Positions 34,575 through 45,738 of a stretch of DNA of 64,000 nucleotides are shown here, piece after piece. How positions within the stretch are numbered: the stretch's first letter is position 1; every line of letters starts with the position of its first letter. Made by a program: the position numbers and the translations under genes. Source of the DNA: an uncultured Acidobacteriota bacterium (GTDB lineage Bacteria; Acidobacteriota; UBA6911); contig CAWJKZ010000010.1 of NCBI GenBank assembly GCA_963843575.1, positions 256,001 through 320,000 on the forward strand, read 5' to 3'. Under the pieces are notes generated by a model. That model saw nothing but the letters and a program-made list of their open reading frames with translations, was not told the DNA's origin and did not search any database.

Positions 34575-36718
34575 TTAGAAACTGAAGCGCAGCCCGAAAC
34601 GGAAGGTCCGCTGGTCGGCCTTGGCGCTGCTGATGGACATGAAATTCCCGTACGCCTTGACCGACCCGTCGCTATTGAAGGTCATGTCCGAAGCGGTGGC
34701 CGACGGGTTGTTGAAGTGCGGCGTGTTGGTGATGTTGAATCCTTCGGCCCGGAACTGCAGTTCCTTGCCCTCGGATATCCTGAAAGCCCGGAAGATTCCC
34801 ATGTCGGCGTTGATCATTCCGGGACCTTCCAGCCGGCCGGCCCCAAAGTTGCCGAAACGGACCGTCGTGATCGGCCTGAAGGCTAGCGGGTCGTAAAACT
34901 GAGTGCCCAGGCCGATGTTGCCGAGCTTCTGGATTTCGGGCAGCACCTGGTCGGGAGACTGGCTGCTGCCCGGGGTGTTCAGCGAGGAGCCGCTCGTCCC
35001 CACGCCGAAATAGGTGCCGCTCACGGCACTGAAGACGCCGTTGACCTGCCAACCGCCGAGCACCTTTCCGGCAATGCTGGATTTCATCCAGCGGCGGCCG
35101 GGTCCCCAGGGCAATTCGTAGATCCAGGCGGTGCGGAAGTTGTGCTTGCGGTTGAAAGCGCTCAAGGTCCGGTTGAGGTAGAACATCTCGGGGATGCCGA
35201 ACGGAGAGCTGCCGGATTCGAGGGATTTCGACCAGGTGTAGACCGTCTTCAGCATCAGGCCCGCGGTGAACCTGCGCTCCAGACTGGTCTGGAGGGAATG
35301 GTAGTTGGATTGAACCCAGGGCTGCAGGATGGTGGTCCGACCGACCGGCCCCACTTCTGGTAGAGAGGCCGGGCGGTGTTCCCGCCTCCGATGACGGTCA
35401 CATTGTTAATCGGCCAGCCTCCGCTGCTGACAATGTTGATGCTGGCCGTGCCGATGTATCCGACACTCCCGACGAGGTTGAACGGAAGCGGGCGCTCGTA
35501 GGTCAGGTTCCAGGACTGGATATAGCCCCTCCTGAAAAGGCCCTTGGGTAAGGAGCCGGTGCTGATGGTGCCCGGGATGTCAAGAACGCCCTTGGTGATG
35601 TCGGGCGTGGCGATGGGAGGGATGCCGTCGAGAATCGGCCAGACGGGGGTCCAGCTGTTGGCCCCCTGGTACGACGGCTGGATGACGGCAGGATAAGGGG
35701 GAACGCATCGGCCGGCCCAGGTTGTACGGGTCGAAGGTGATCCCGTAGCCGGTGCGGAGGACCCCGTGCTTGCCGAGCCGGTAGGCGATCCCCACGCGCG
35801 GCGCAAAGAGCTTCTTGCTGACGGTGGTGTCCGCATTCCAATCCACACCGCCGTAGCCACCGATCAACATCTTGTTGGTATCGGGGTCGTAGCGCTCGAT
35901 GCCGTGAAATCCCCGGTCCATGATCGGGTAGTACTCCCAGCGCAAACCGAGGTTGAGCGTGAGGTTGCTGCTGACCTGCCAACGGTCGCGGAAGTAAAAC
36001 GCGATCTGCCACTCGCGCGTCGACATCGGGTCGTAGAACTGGAGCGACTTCTGCACCTGCTGCGGCAGGCCGAGGAGGAAATCGGCAAAGCCGTTGAAGC
36101 GGTTGGAAGAAGGGCCGCCGTTGAGCGCGGTCGCACCGCCGTTGAAGGTGAAGTTCCCCGGGGTCCGTTGTTCGATTCCGGCTGCCAGTGGTTCATGCCG
36201 AAGCGACTGACGTCGGGTCCGAAGCGGATGTCGTGCTTCCCCTTGCTCCAGCTGGCGTTGGCCGAATAGGTGTACGTGTAGTCCCACCGGTCGACCGGCA
36301 CCCAGGTGTCGGTCATCCCCATCGACGCGTAGCCGCTAATGCTGAAAAACGGCATACCGCTCTGGCGCGGGTCGGGACCGTTGGTGCCGGGAATCTTCAA
36401 AACGTCCAATCCGAAGTTGACCCCGTAGTTCGGCTGCCGGACATGGTTGACGTACCGGGTGATTCCGATGGTGCCGTCGACGAGGAACCTGGGGGTCAGG
36501 GCGTAGTAGCCGCCGAGGGTGCCTACGTGCACACGGACGGTGCCCTTGCCCGCACCGCTGTCCGGAGTCAGCGCTGATCCGCCAGCTTCCCCGAACGCGT
36601 ATTGGGATTCCACGAGCGAGTTCATGAGGCTGTACTTGAACCAGATCGTGTTCTTCGGAGAGCGGACCCAATCGAACTTGAAGTCGTACATGTCCCGGTT
36701 GAACATCCGGGGTGCGGA
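34575..36718 (-). pseudogene. 5'-truncated TonB-dependent (Oar-like) receptor paralogue, copy A
   Basis: Begins abruptly at SAPRMFNRDMYDFK (equivalent to about residue 400 of copy B), ends FRFGLRFSF*; no start, signal or plug region; several indels. Confidence 0.75.
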
Positions 36719-36737
36719 GGCTCTCTTGCGGCTATCA

Positions 36738-36884
36738 TGGAAGTCGCGGCGGCTCGACTGGCTCGACACCGCTTTGTACGCGTCCCACGGCCGGAAAGCC
36801 CAGCGCCTCGGCAACTTCGCCGTGCTCTGGCGCCGAGGCGCCAACGACAAAGCGACGTCGAGCCAGTCGAGCCGCCGCACTCCA
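36738..36884. repeat. REP/REPIN-like palindromic element, copy 2
   Basis: Degenerate TGGA(A)GT(C)GCGGCGGCTCGACTGGCTCGAC at left; GTCGAGCCAGTCGAGCCGCCGCACTCCA at right. Confidence 0.7.
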
Positions 36885-36889
36885 AAATG

Positions 36890-36924
36890 AAACGGGCGCA
36901 GGCACCGCAGTGCCTGCGCCCGTT
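36890..36924 (-). terminator. Intrinsic terminator after receptor copy B
   Basis: Same stem as 34516-34550 with a different loop. Confidence 0.75.
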
Positions 36925-36947
36925 GTACGACTGGTGGAAACCGCGCT

Positions 36948-39900
36948 CTAGAAGCTGAACCGCAGACCGAAACGGAAGGTCCGCTGGTCGGCGCGGGCGC
37001 CGGTGATCGACATGAAGTTGCCCGACGACTTGATGCTGCCGTCGGCGTTCAACGTCATGTCCGAAGCGCTCGCCGACGGGTTGTTGAAGTGCGGCGTGTT
37101 GGTGAGGTTGAACGACTCGGCGCGGAACTGCAGTTCCTTACCCTCGGTGATCCGGAAGGCCCGGAAGATACCGAAATCCAGGTTCACCATACCGGGACCG
37201 TACAGGGTGTTCCGCCCGGAATTGCCGAACCGGACGGCCGTCACCGGCCGGAAGGCGTTGGGATCGAAGAAGGGCACGCCTACCCCGATGTTCCCCAGTT
37301 TCTCGACGTTCTCCAGCACCTGGTCGGCCACCTGGTTGCTGCCCGCGGCGTTGAGCGAACTGCCGCTGGTGCCCACGGTGAACGGCGTACCGGAAACGGC
37401 GCTGAAGATGCCGTTGATCTGCCAGCCGCCGATGATGGCGCTGGCCAACCCGCCCTTGGCCCACCTGCGGCCCGGGCCCCACGGCATCTCATAGATGAAG
37501 GCCGTGCGGAAGTTGTGTCTGCCGGTCGAAACCGCTCGACGCCCGGTTGCGGTCCATGTACTCCGGCAACGCGAAGTAGAAGGTGTAGTCGGTCGAGTTG
37601 TTGTCGATCGAGTGCGACCAGGTGTAGACGGTCTTGAGCATCAGGCCCGCGGTGAACCTCCGTTCGAGGCTGGTCTGCAGCGAGTGGTAGATCGGATCCA
37701 GCCCAGGGCTGCAGCAGGTCGGTGGATGCCGTCCGGCCGAACTTCTGGTTCAGCGGCCGCCCGGCCTGGCCGGTGCCCGGCAGGGAGTTGTTCATCGGCC
37801 AGTACGGGCCGCTGACGATGTCGATGGCCTTCGTCCCGACGTAGCCGGCGCTGCCCACGAGGCTAAATGGCAGCGGGCGCTCGTAAGTCAGGTTCCACGA
37901 CTGCACGTAGCCCCTCTGGAACTGTCCCGGGGCCAAGGTGCGTGTGCTGATTTTGCCCGGTATCGGGATCGCTCCCTGGGTGATGTCCGGCGGTGTCGAT
38001 CACGGGGATGCCGTTCAGGATCGGACCATACGGCATGTAAGATGGTCGGCCCGTTGGCCGAGAACTGGATCACGGCCGGGTAGGGCGAACGCATCGGCCG
38101 GCCCAGGTTGTAGGGATCGTAGGTGATCCCGTACCCGGCCCGGATGACGCCGCCGGTGCCGAGCCGGTAGGCCAGCCCGAAGCGCGGCGCGAACAGCCTC
38201 TTGCTGACGGTCGTGTCGGCGTTCCAGTCGACGCCGCCGTACCCGCCGATCAGCATCATGTTGGTGTCGGGGTCATACCGCTCGATGCCGTGGAAGCCAC
38301 GGTCCATGAGCGGGTAGTACTCCCAGCGCAGCCCGAGGCTCAACGTCAGGTTGCTGCGTCACCTGCCACCGGTCGCGGAAATAGAACGCGATCTGCCACT
38401 CGCGCGTCGACATCGGGTCGTAGAACTGCAGCGACTTCTCGATGGTCTGCGGCAGACCGAGCAGGAAGTCGGCCATGCCGTTGAACCGGTTCGAGGACGG
38501 GCCGCCGTTCAGCGCCGTCGCGCCGCCGTTGAACGTGAAGGTGCCGCGCGGGCCGTTGCCCGACTCCGGCTGCCAGTGGTTCATCCCGTACCGGCTGATG
38601 TCCGGGCCGAAGCGGATGTCGTGCTTGCCCTTGCTCCAGCTCGCGTTGGCCGTGTACGTGTACGTGTAGTCGTGACGGTCGACCGGCACCCACGTGTCGG
38701 TCATCCCGAGCGCGCTGTAGCCGCTGATGCTGAAGTACGGCTTGCCGCTCTGCCGCGGGTCCGGGCCGTTCGTCCCGGGAATGTGCAGCACGTCGAGGCC
38801 GAAGTTGACCCCGAAATCGGGCTGGCGCACCGAGTTGACGTAGCGCGTCATGCCGATCGTGCCGTCGAGGAGGAACCGCGGCGTGACCGCGTAGTAGCCG
38901 CCGATCGTCCCCACGTGCACCCGCACCGTGCCTTTGCCGGCACCGCCGTCAGGCGACAGTGCCGATCCGCCCGCTTCCCCGAAGGAGTACTGCGACTGCA
39001 CCAGCGAGTTCATCAGGCTGTACTTGAACCAGATCGTGTTCTTCGGCGAACGCACCCAGTCCCCTTTGAAGTCGTACATGTCCCGGTTGAAGACCCGGGG
39101 GGCCGACGTGTAGAAGTTCTGGGTGAACCCGTCGAGGTTGGGCAGCGGCTGCAGCGCGAGCATCTGCTTCGCCACGCTGCTGATCCGGCTGTCAGGGATA
39201 ATGTTGCCCGCAAACTGGGTTCGGTTCTTCCCAAGGGAATCGCCCGTCGTCGGGTCGTAGATCTTCGTACCCGTGGCGCTGAAATCCCCGCTGCGCATCG
39301 CCTGGGTCGCCACCGTGTAATAGGACGAGTAGTTCTGGCGGTCCCTCATCCCGTCGTAGTTGGCGAAGAAGAACAGCTTGTCCTTGATGATCGGCCCGCC
39401 CACGTTGCCGCCGTACATGCTCAGCAGGTACTTCGGCGCCTGGCTCGTCTGCGGCGTGAAGAAGTTCTTCGCGTCGAACACGTTGTTGCGGTGATACAGG
39501 AACCCGACGCCGTGGATCTCGTTGGTCCCCGACTTGGTCTGCACCGTGATCGCCGCGCCCCCCGCCAAACCCTGCTCCGCGTCGAAGCTGTTGGTCGAGA
39601 TGTTGACCGTCTGAATCGATTCCTGCGGCGCCACGTACGCCGCGTGGTGCGGCAGCCACGGCATGATGTTCAACGCCCCGTCCAGCCGCGTGTTGTTGTT
39701 GAAGCGCCCCACCCCGTTGATGTTGGTCGTCAGCGACCGCGCCGGCGTGTCCACGCTCGCATTCTGGAAATTCGACGGCGTCGAACCCGGCACGAGGTCG
39801 ATGAGGCTCTGGTAGTTGCGATAATTGCCCAGCGGCAGGTTCGTGACCTCCTTGGTGGACAGTTCCTTGTGCACGTCCGCCTTGTCGGTCTGCAGCACCG

Positions 39901-40303
39901 TCGCCTCCGCCGACACCGTCACCATCTCGGTGCGCGAGCCGACTTCCAGCGCCACGTCCGTCCGCGTGATGTTGTTGACCGTGACCTCGATGTTCTCCTT
40001 GACGTACTCCTTGAAACCCTGCAGAGACACCTTGAGGGTGTAGACCCCGGGCTGCAGGTTCGTGAACGTGTACGCCCCAGAGGCATTCGAGACCGTTTCG
40101 TGTGTCTGGTTGGTGTTCTTGTTGGTGACCGTGATCCCCGCCCCGGGAATAACCGCCTTGGACGGGTCTGTGATGTTGCCCACCATGGTGCCGTACAGCA
40201 CCTGCGCCCATGCCGGCTCCGGCTGGACGCAAGTCGCGACCACCCCAAGGCAACCGAGACAAAGAAGCGCAAAACCTATCTTCCTTTGAAACTCTCTTGC
40301 CAT
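36948..40303 (-). CDS. TonB-dependent receptor, Oar-like, with N-terminal carboxypeptidase-regulatory-like domain (copy B; frameshifted in the 3' half)
   Basis: Signal peptide, G.ITDPSKAVIPGA.ITVTN, LPLGNYRNY, TKSGTNEIHG, LGLRWEYY, FAPRFGLAY, LQFRAESFN, C-terminal FRFGLRFSF; AGGAGG RBS. Confidence 0.9.
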
Positions 40304-40366
40304 CTTCCATCCTCCTGGCAGGATCAATAGCCTAAGGTAAAACCGCGCTAGACTAGCACAGGTCAG

Positions 40367-40470
40367 AAAGGAAACTAAAGCAAAGAAACATTATTTGACA
40401 CCATTAATTTTGCTAATAGGGGCAACATCGAGCTCTTTTCGCCCTGCGGAGACTTGCTTTAGTTTTCTTT
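40367..40470. promoter_or_regulatory. 17-bp inverted repeat pair upstream of the receptor gene
   Basis: AAAGGAAACTAAAGCAA (40367-40383) and TTGCTTTAGTTTTCTTT (40454-40470) match at 16/17 positions and flank a 70-bp segment containing TTGACA. Confidence 0.55.
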
Positions 40471-40522
40471 TTTAAACGTTGGATTGGCGCCGGCAACAAG
40501 GGAGGCGGCGCAGGCGGGTCAA

Positions 40523-40722
40523 AAACCGCGCCCTGAAAGCTGAACCGCAGACCGAAACGGCAGGTCCGCTGGTCGGCGCGGGCGCCGGTGATCGACATGA
40601 AGTTTCCCGACGACTTGATGCTGCCGTGCGTACAACGCCATGTCCGAAGCGCTCCGCCGACGGGTTGTTGAAGTGCGGCGCGTTGGTGAGGTTGAACGAC
40701 TCGGCGCGGAACTGCAGTTCCT
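40523..40722 (-). pseudogene. Degenerate third copy of the receptor 3' end (copy C)
   Basis: Near-duplicate of about 36938-37138 (ELQFRAESFNLTN.PHFNNPS...GARADQRT.RFGLRFSF) with small indels and a lost stop. Confidence 0.75.
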
Positions 40723-40772
40723 GCGCCGGTCAACCGGCGCGTCGACACCGGTTTTGGCCCCTTCGCCTGAAC

Positions 40773-40815
40773 AAAAAAGCCGGGGAAGACACTGGGTGGA
40801 GTGTCTTCCCCGGCT
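40773..40815 (-). terminator. Intrinsic terminator after the DUF1080 gene
   Basis: AGCCGGGGAAGACACT-loop-AGTGTCTTCCCCGGCT then T-run on the minus strand. Confidence 0.85.
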
Positions 40816-40843
40816 GCCGATGCCGCTTCGGCCACTGACCGCT

Positions 40844-41812
40844 TTAGATGAGCGGTGTGAGCCGGATTTTGCGGAACTGCACCCTGCCGTGGTCGCCCTG
40901 GATCATGATCGGGCCCGGGGCGCCCTCGTTCGCGTCCAGCGCGCCGCCGGTGATCCCGGGGACTTCCGCGTTTTCCATGATCTTGGTGCCGTTCATGATC
41001 ACGGTGACGCGGTTGGCGACGAGGGTGATTTCGTAAGTCTGCCATTCGCCGGCGGGCTTGCAGGCATTCACCGGCGGTATCACGTAGCCGTACAGCGCCC
41101 CCTGGCTGTGCACGTTGAGCTCCTTCTGACCGAAGCCGTCCGCCACCTGGATCTCGTAGCGCCCGCGCAGGTAGATGCCGCTGTTACTCTTCTCGGCCAC
41201 GTTGAACTCGACCTCGAGCTTGAAGTCGGTGAATTTCTTCTCGCTGTAGATGTTGTTCGCGCCCTTGTCCTGGTTCTGGAGGATGCCGTCCTGGACGGAC
41301 CAGCCGAGGGCGCGGTTGGGGACCTGGCCGATCCACCCGGAGACGTCCTTGCCGTTGAACAGGTCCACCGGGGTTCCGGGCTTGCGCCTGGGCGGGTTGG
41401 CCGGCCACTTGGGCACGGGCACACCCGTCCAGGACCGGGAGCCGTCCTTGCCGCCGAGCGCGGCGGTTCCCTCGAGCTTGCCCCCCTTGGCGGTGGCTTT
41501 CCAGATCGCCTTGGTCTGATCGGGGGGACGTCCCTGCGGGTAGGCAAAGGTCAGCTCGCCATTGGCGACGCTGATCTCGGGCAGATCGAACTGCGCCCCG
41601 CCGCCGTTGTTGAAGCGTCCTTTGAGCGCGGAACCGTCGCGGGTGACTTCGAGCCAGCAGAAGCGGGCCCGTCCCCCCTCGGGCGCCGGGACCGAGATAT
41701 CCCACCGGCCCAGGAAGGGGTCGGCCCCGTCGGGAACCGCCGCGGTGCCGGACGGGAGGCAGAGCGCGGCAAGGCACAGCGCAGCAAACATCAACGTCGT
41801 CAATGATCGCAT
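40844..41812 (-). CDS. DUF1080 (3-keto-disaccharide hydrolase-like) exported protein
   Basis: LFNGKDVSGW, F.DFKLEVEF, NSGIYLRGRYEIQV, GEWQTYEIT, GPIMIQGDHG, FRKIRL. Confidence 0.88.
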   Translation of the reverse strand: MRSLTTLMFAALCLAALCLPSGTAAVPDGADPFLGRWDISVPAPEGGRARFCWLEVTRDGSALKGRFNNGGGAQFDLPEISVANGELTFAYPQGRPPDQTKAIWKATAKGGKLEGTAALGGKDGSRSWTGVPVPKWPANPPRRKPGTPVDLFNGKDVSGWIGQVPNRALGWSVQDGILQNQDKGANNIYSEKKFTDFKLEVEFNVAEKSNSGIYLRGRYEIQVADGFGQKELNVHSQGALYGYVIPPVNACKPAGEWQTYEITLVANRVTVIMNGTKIMENAEVPGITGGALDANEGAPGPIMIQGDHGRVQFRKIRLTPLI

Positions 41813-41886
41813 AAGTGCTCCTCTGTTGTGTGGGGTCCGGAGCGGGCCCGCGGGGATGTAGCGCGTTCCCACGGGCCCGCCGGCGC

Positions 41887-43293
41887 CTAGGTCGCGGGAA
41901 CCGCCGCCACGTCGTAGGGTTTCGCCGTCTTGTATTTTCCCTTCGTGAAGTCGGGGAACTGCACCGGGACACTCCCGCCGCCGACCGACTTTTCGGTGAG
42001 GGGCGAGATGGCGCTGCTGGTGACGGAGTCGTACACATCCCAGTCGGTCATCTTGTTGGCACGCAGGGCGGCGATGAGCCGGTCCCAGTTGACGGGCGTC
42101 GTCGTCGAGCCGCCGCCGTGGCCGCGCAGGGCCACCTTGCGCTGCAGCGGCTTGTATTGCTTCAGGTACGGGTGCGCGAATTCCTCGAAGTACTTGTCGG
42201 CCGCTTCCCACATGTGCTCGGTCGCGGTGCGCCCCTCGAGGTAGATCATGCCGCCCCGACCCCGCCGCATTCCTTCCGGACGTGCGGCCGGTTCCTGGCC
42301 GGGGGCGGGCGCCGGCGGCGGCAGGCTGGCGCCGGTTTGGTAGACGCCCTTGGTTCCCTGCATACGGAAGAACTCGCGCGGGTGGGGCGTATTGGTGTCG
42401 TGGTTGAGGGTGACGACCTTGCCCTGTTCCGTGTGCAGCAGCGTGACGTTGACGTCCCCCGAGGCGAACTTCGTCTTCGCGAACGGGTGCTGCTCACCGA
42501 ACTTGAGGGCCGCGTACTTCTGCAGCATCACCCCCTTGGTGCTCATCGAGACGAGGTAGTCAAAACGGTCGCCGTGGTTGATGTCGGCCAGCCGCATGAT
42601 GCGCGCCATCGGGTGATCCGGATAGAGGTTGCCGTTGCGGTTGAGCGAGTGCATCAGGCGCCACGGCTCCTCGAGCGGGTTGAACTTCACCATGCGCAGG
42701 TCGTGCACGTACCCTCCCTCGAGGTGCAGCACGTCGCCGAAGACCCCCTGGCGCACCATGTTCATGAGGGTGAGGTCGCCGAAGCCCTCGAGCCCGATGG
42801 TCGCCCACTTCCCGGTCTTCTCGTGCATCTCGACCAGCTGCCACGCCTCTTCCACCGTGACGACGATCGGCACCTCGCTCACACAGTTCTTGCCGTTTTT
42901 CATCGCAGCGAGCGCGACCGGGGCATGGAATTCCCACGGGGTGCAGCAGATCACGCAGTCGAGCTGCTCCTTCTCGCACAGCGTCTGGAACGCGGTCCGG
43001 CTCTCGCCGTAGGTGCGCGGGGACGGACGGCCCGATTCCTCGACCCACCGTTTCGCCTTGAACAGCGCGTTGTCGTCGATGTCGCAGACCGCGACGACAT
43101 CCACCCCCTCCATGCCCAGCGCGCAGTCGAGGTGGTACGAACCGCGCCCGCCGATCCCGACAAAACCAAGTTTGACGGCCTTGCCGGACTGCGCGGCGGC
43201 CTGACCCGCCATCCCGTAGCCCGCCATCGCCATCCCGGCCAAAGAAGCAGATGAGATTTTCAGGAAATCCCTGCGGTCGAAATTATCGCCCAT
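41887..43293 (-). CDS. Tat-exported Gfo/Idh/MocA protein, GH109 (NAD-dependent alpha-N-acetylgalactosaminidase)-like
   Basis: DRRDFLK, GIGGRG, TPWEFH, SEVP, EGGYVHDLR, RNGNLYPDHP, HDTNTPHP, FPDFTKG. Confidence 0.85.
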   Translation of the reverse strand: MGDNFDRRDFLKISSASLAGMAMAGYGMAGQAAAQSGKAVKLGFVGIGGRGSYHLDCALGMEGVDVVAVCDIDDNALFKAKRWVEESGRPSPRTYGESRTAFQTLCEKEQLDCVICCTPWEFHAPVALAAMKNGKNCVSEVPIVVTVEEAWQLVEMHEKTGKWATIGLEGFGDLTLMNMVRQGVFGDVLHLEGGYVHDLRMVKFNPLEEPWRLMHSLNRNGNLYPDHPMARIMRLADINHGDRFDYLVSMSTKGVMLQKYAALKFGEQHPFAKTKFASGDVNVTLLHTEQGKVVTLNHDTNTPHPREFFRMQGTKGVYQTGASLPPPAPAPGQEPAARPEGMRRGRGGMIYLEGRTATEHMWEAADKYFEEFAHPYLKQYKPLQRKVALRGHGGGSTTTPVNWDRLIAALRANKMTDWDVYDSVTSSAISPLTEKSVGGGSVPVQFPDFTKGKYKTAKPYDVAAVPAT

Positions 43294-43543
43294 GTTCGTT
43301 TCTCCTTAATTTCCGACGGTGCGGGTCGGACGCCAAGCCTGATGTCATGTGTTCCCTTAATAGCACAGAGGCTCGGCAAAAGAAAACAAAAACAAGAATT
43401 GTAAATCCAGCGGGAGCGGGCCGCCGCGGCCCCTCTTTTCCAGTATCCTGGCCCGGTTCTTCCCTCCGTCGGCAGGACCGTGTCTCCGCCGCCACCGTAT
43501 ATTCGGTTTTCTTTTGATCCTTTTCTTTTTAGTATAGGGCGGC

Positions 43544-45736
43544 ATGAACCCCCCACACGCCGCGCTCGCCCTCATCCTGGCGCTTTCGCCCGCCGCGTTC
43601 CCGCAGGAGGAGCAGCGCCCCGAGCTGCGGGCGGTCCGGGTGCCCGACGGGGCGGTGCGGCTCGACGGGCGTCTGGACGAGGGGGAGTGGAGTCTCGCCG
43701 AACCCGCCACCGGCTTCGTGCAGTCGGTGCCCGACACGCGCAAACCTTCCTCCGAGAAGACCGAGGTGCGGGTGCTCTACGATTCGGAGCGGCTGTACTT
43801 CGGCGCCTGGTGCTTCGTCCGGGAGCCGGAAACAGTCCGGTATTACGAGTACTTCCGCGATTTCGGGGTCTACAACACCGACACGTTCGAGATCGCTCTC
43901 GACACCTTCCACGACCGGCGGAACTGTTTCGCCTTCGCGACCAACCCGCTCGGCGCGATGCTCGACCTCGAGTATTCCAACAACGGCGGCTCGTCCAACC
44001 GCAACTGGGATGCGGTCTGGGAGGTCCGCAGCGCGATCCGGGATGACGGCTACTTCCTGGAGGTGGCCATCCCGTTCAAGTCCCTGCGCTATCCGCAGCG
44101 CGACGGCGCGCAGGTCTGGGGCGTCAATTTTCAGAGGCGGATCCGGCACAGGAACGAGCAGTCGTTCTGGTCCTTCGTCCCTCGTCCGTTCAGCGTGCCG
44201 CGGATTTCGTTCGCGGGGAACCTGTCGGGCCTGGCGGACCTCCCCCGGACCCGCAACTTGAAGCTGACCCCGTACGGACGGACCGGTTTCACGGCGACGC
44301 CTCCGGCAGGTGACGGGGGCAAGACGACGGAGTTCGATCACGCCGCGGGCCTCGACCTCAAGTACGGCATCGCCAATGCCCTGACGCTCGACGTCACCCT
44401 GAACCCCGACTTCTCCAACGTCGGCGCCGACGTGCAGCAGGTCAACCTGACGCGCTTCGATCTGTTCTTCCCGGAGCGCCGCCCCTTCTTCCTGGAAAAC
44501 GCGACGATGTTCGAGATTCGCCGCACGCGCCGCGGCAACGGCATCGCGGGGGCCTACGGCAGCAATGCCACCCTGGACCTCATCCCCTTCTTCAGCCGCA
44601 CGGTCGGGCTCGCCTCAAACGGCACCCCGTTGCCGGTGTGGGGCGGCGCGCGCCTGACGGGGCGGCTGCAGGGAGGGTTCGACTTCGGCGTGCTCAACAT
44701 CCACACGCGCGAAAACAGCGCCGGCCCGGGGGAGGATTTCACCGTGGTGCGGGCGCGCAAGAAATTTCTGACCAACTCCGACGCCGGCTTCATCCTGACC
44801 GACCGCCAGGAGCGTGGGTCCAACCGGTACAGCCGCCTGCTTGGTACCGACCTGCACTTCCAGTTCGCCCGCTACCTCGACCTGTCCGGGCTCGTCATGA
44901 CGACCCTCGATTCGGACAGGAAGGACCGGCACCTCGCCTTCTCGGCGGCGGCGAGCTGGCGCAGCTCGTTCTGGGACTGGGATCTCGGCTTTCTCGACAT
45001 CCAGGACAATTTCAGCCCCGCGATGGGGTTTGTGCCGAGGCGCGGGATCCGCAAGTCGACCGGCGGCTTCTCCGTGCACCCCCGGCTGGACAGATTCGGC
45101 ATCCGCGAGTACGCCCCGTATGTCCGGACCGACTACATCACTGACCAGGGAAACACGCTCGCCACGCGGCTTGTCAGCACGGGTGTCGGGCTCATCTTCC
45201 GCAGCGGCGCCACCCTCGACCTGTCGCGCGACGGTTCGTTCGAGCGGCTTGCGAAGCCGTTTTCCGTCGGAGGCCGCATCGTCGTGCCGACCGGCGATTA
45301 CACCTACCAGAACTGGAAAACGCTCTATACGTCCGACATCAGCCGGCGCGTTTCCGGCAGCCTCGGAGGAGAATGGGGGGACTTTTACGCGGGGACGAAA
45401 CGGACCGGGACGGCAGGGCTCACCCTGCACGCCAACGAGCACCTGACCTCGAGCGTGACCTACTCACACAACCGCGTCGCACAACCGGGGGGACGTTTCG
45501 CCAGCCACCTGGTCGGGCTGCGCCTCGACTATGGTTTCTCACCCCGGATGTTCTTCAACGCCTTCATCCAGTACAACTCGCTGGCGCACCAGTTCAACAC
45601 CAACCTGCGCTTTGACTTGATACACCACCCGCTCAGCAACCTCTATGTGACTTACAGCGACGTGCGCGACACGCTCGACCCCGAGCGGGTCACCCGCATC
45701 CTCGCGATAAAATTCACCCAGATGCTGCAGTTCTAA
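43544..45736 (+). CDS. CBM9-like + DUF5916 domain protein, probable outer-membrane barrel
   Basis: RLDGRLDEGEW, TEVRVLYD, EVAIPFKSLRY, TLNPDFSNVGAD, NLTRFDLFFPERRPFFLE; C-terminal Phe. Confidence 0.8.
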   Translation: MNPPHAALALILALSPAAFPQEEQRPELRAVRVPDGAVRLDGRLDEGEWSLAEPATGFVQSVPDTRKPSSEKTEVRVLYDSERLYFGAWCFVREPETVRYYEYFRDFGVYNTDTFEIALDTFHDRRNCFAFATNPLGAMLDLEYSNNGGSSNRNWDAVWEVRSAIRDDGYFLEVAIPFKSLRYPQRDGAQVWGVNFQRRIRHRNEQSFWSFVPRPFSVPRISFAGNLSGLADLPRTRNLKLTPYGRTGFTATPPAGDGGKTTEFDHAAGLDLKYGIANALTLDVTLNPDFSNVGADVQQVNLTRFDLFFPERRPFFLENATMFEIRRTRRGNGIAGAYGSNATLDLIPFFSRTVGLASNGTPLPVWGGARLTGRLQGGFDFGVLNIHTRENSAGPGEDFTVVRARKKFLTNSDAGFILTDRQERGSNRYSRLLGTDLHFQFARYLDLSGLVMTTLDSDRKDRHLAFSAAASWRSSFWDWDLGFLDIQDNFSPAMGFVPRRGIRKSTGGFSVHPRLDRFGIREYAPYVRTDYITDQGNTLATRLVSTGVGLIFRSGATLDLSRDGSFERLAKPFSVGGRIVVPTGDYTYQNWKTLYTSDISRRVSGSLGGEWGDFYAGTKRTGTAGLTLHANEHLTSSVTYSHNRVAQPGGRFASHLVGLRLDYGFSPRMFFNAFIQYNSLAHQFNTNLRFDLIHHPLSNLYVTYSDVRDTLDPERVTRILAIKFTQMLQF

Positions 45737-45738
45737 TC

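Noticed and set aside
9336-38400. Programmed frameshifting or mass pseudogenisation in fucosidase, isomerase, ppc, pdxA, kinase, URO-D and receptor genes
   Set aside because: Scattered single-base indels with intact motifs and no shared slippery sequence fit long-read consensus error better.
34575-40722. Diversity-generating retroelement template/variable repeat pair
   Set aside because: Differences between the copies are not adenine-specific and no reverse transcriptase is in the window.
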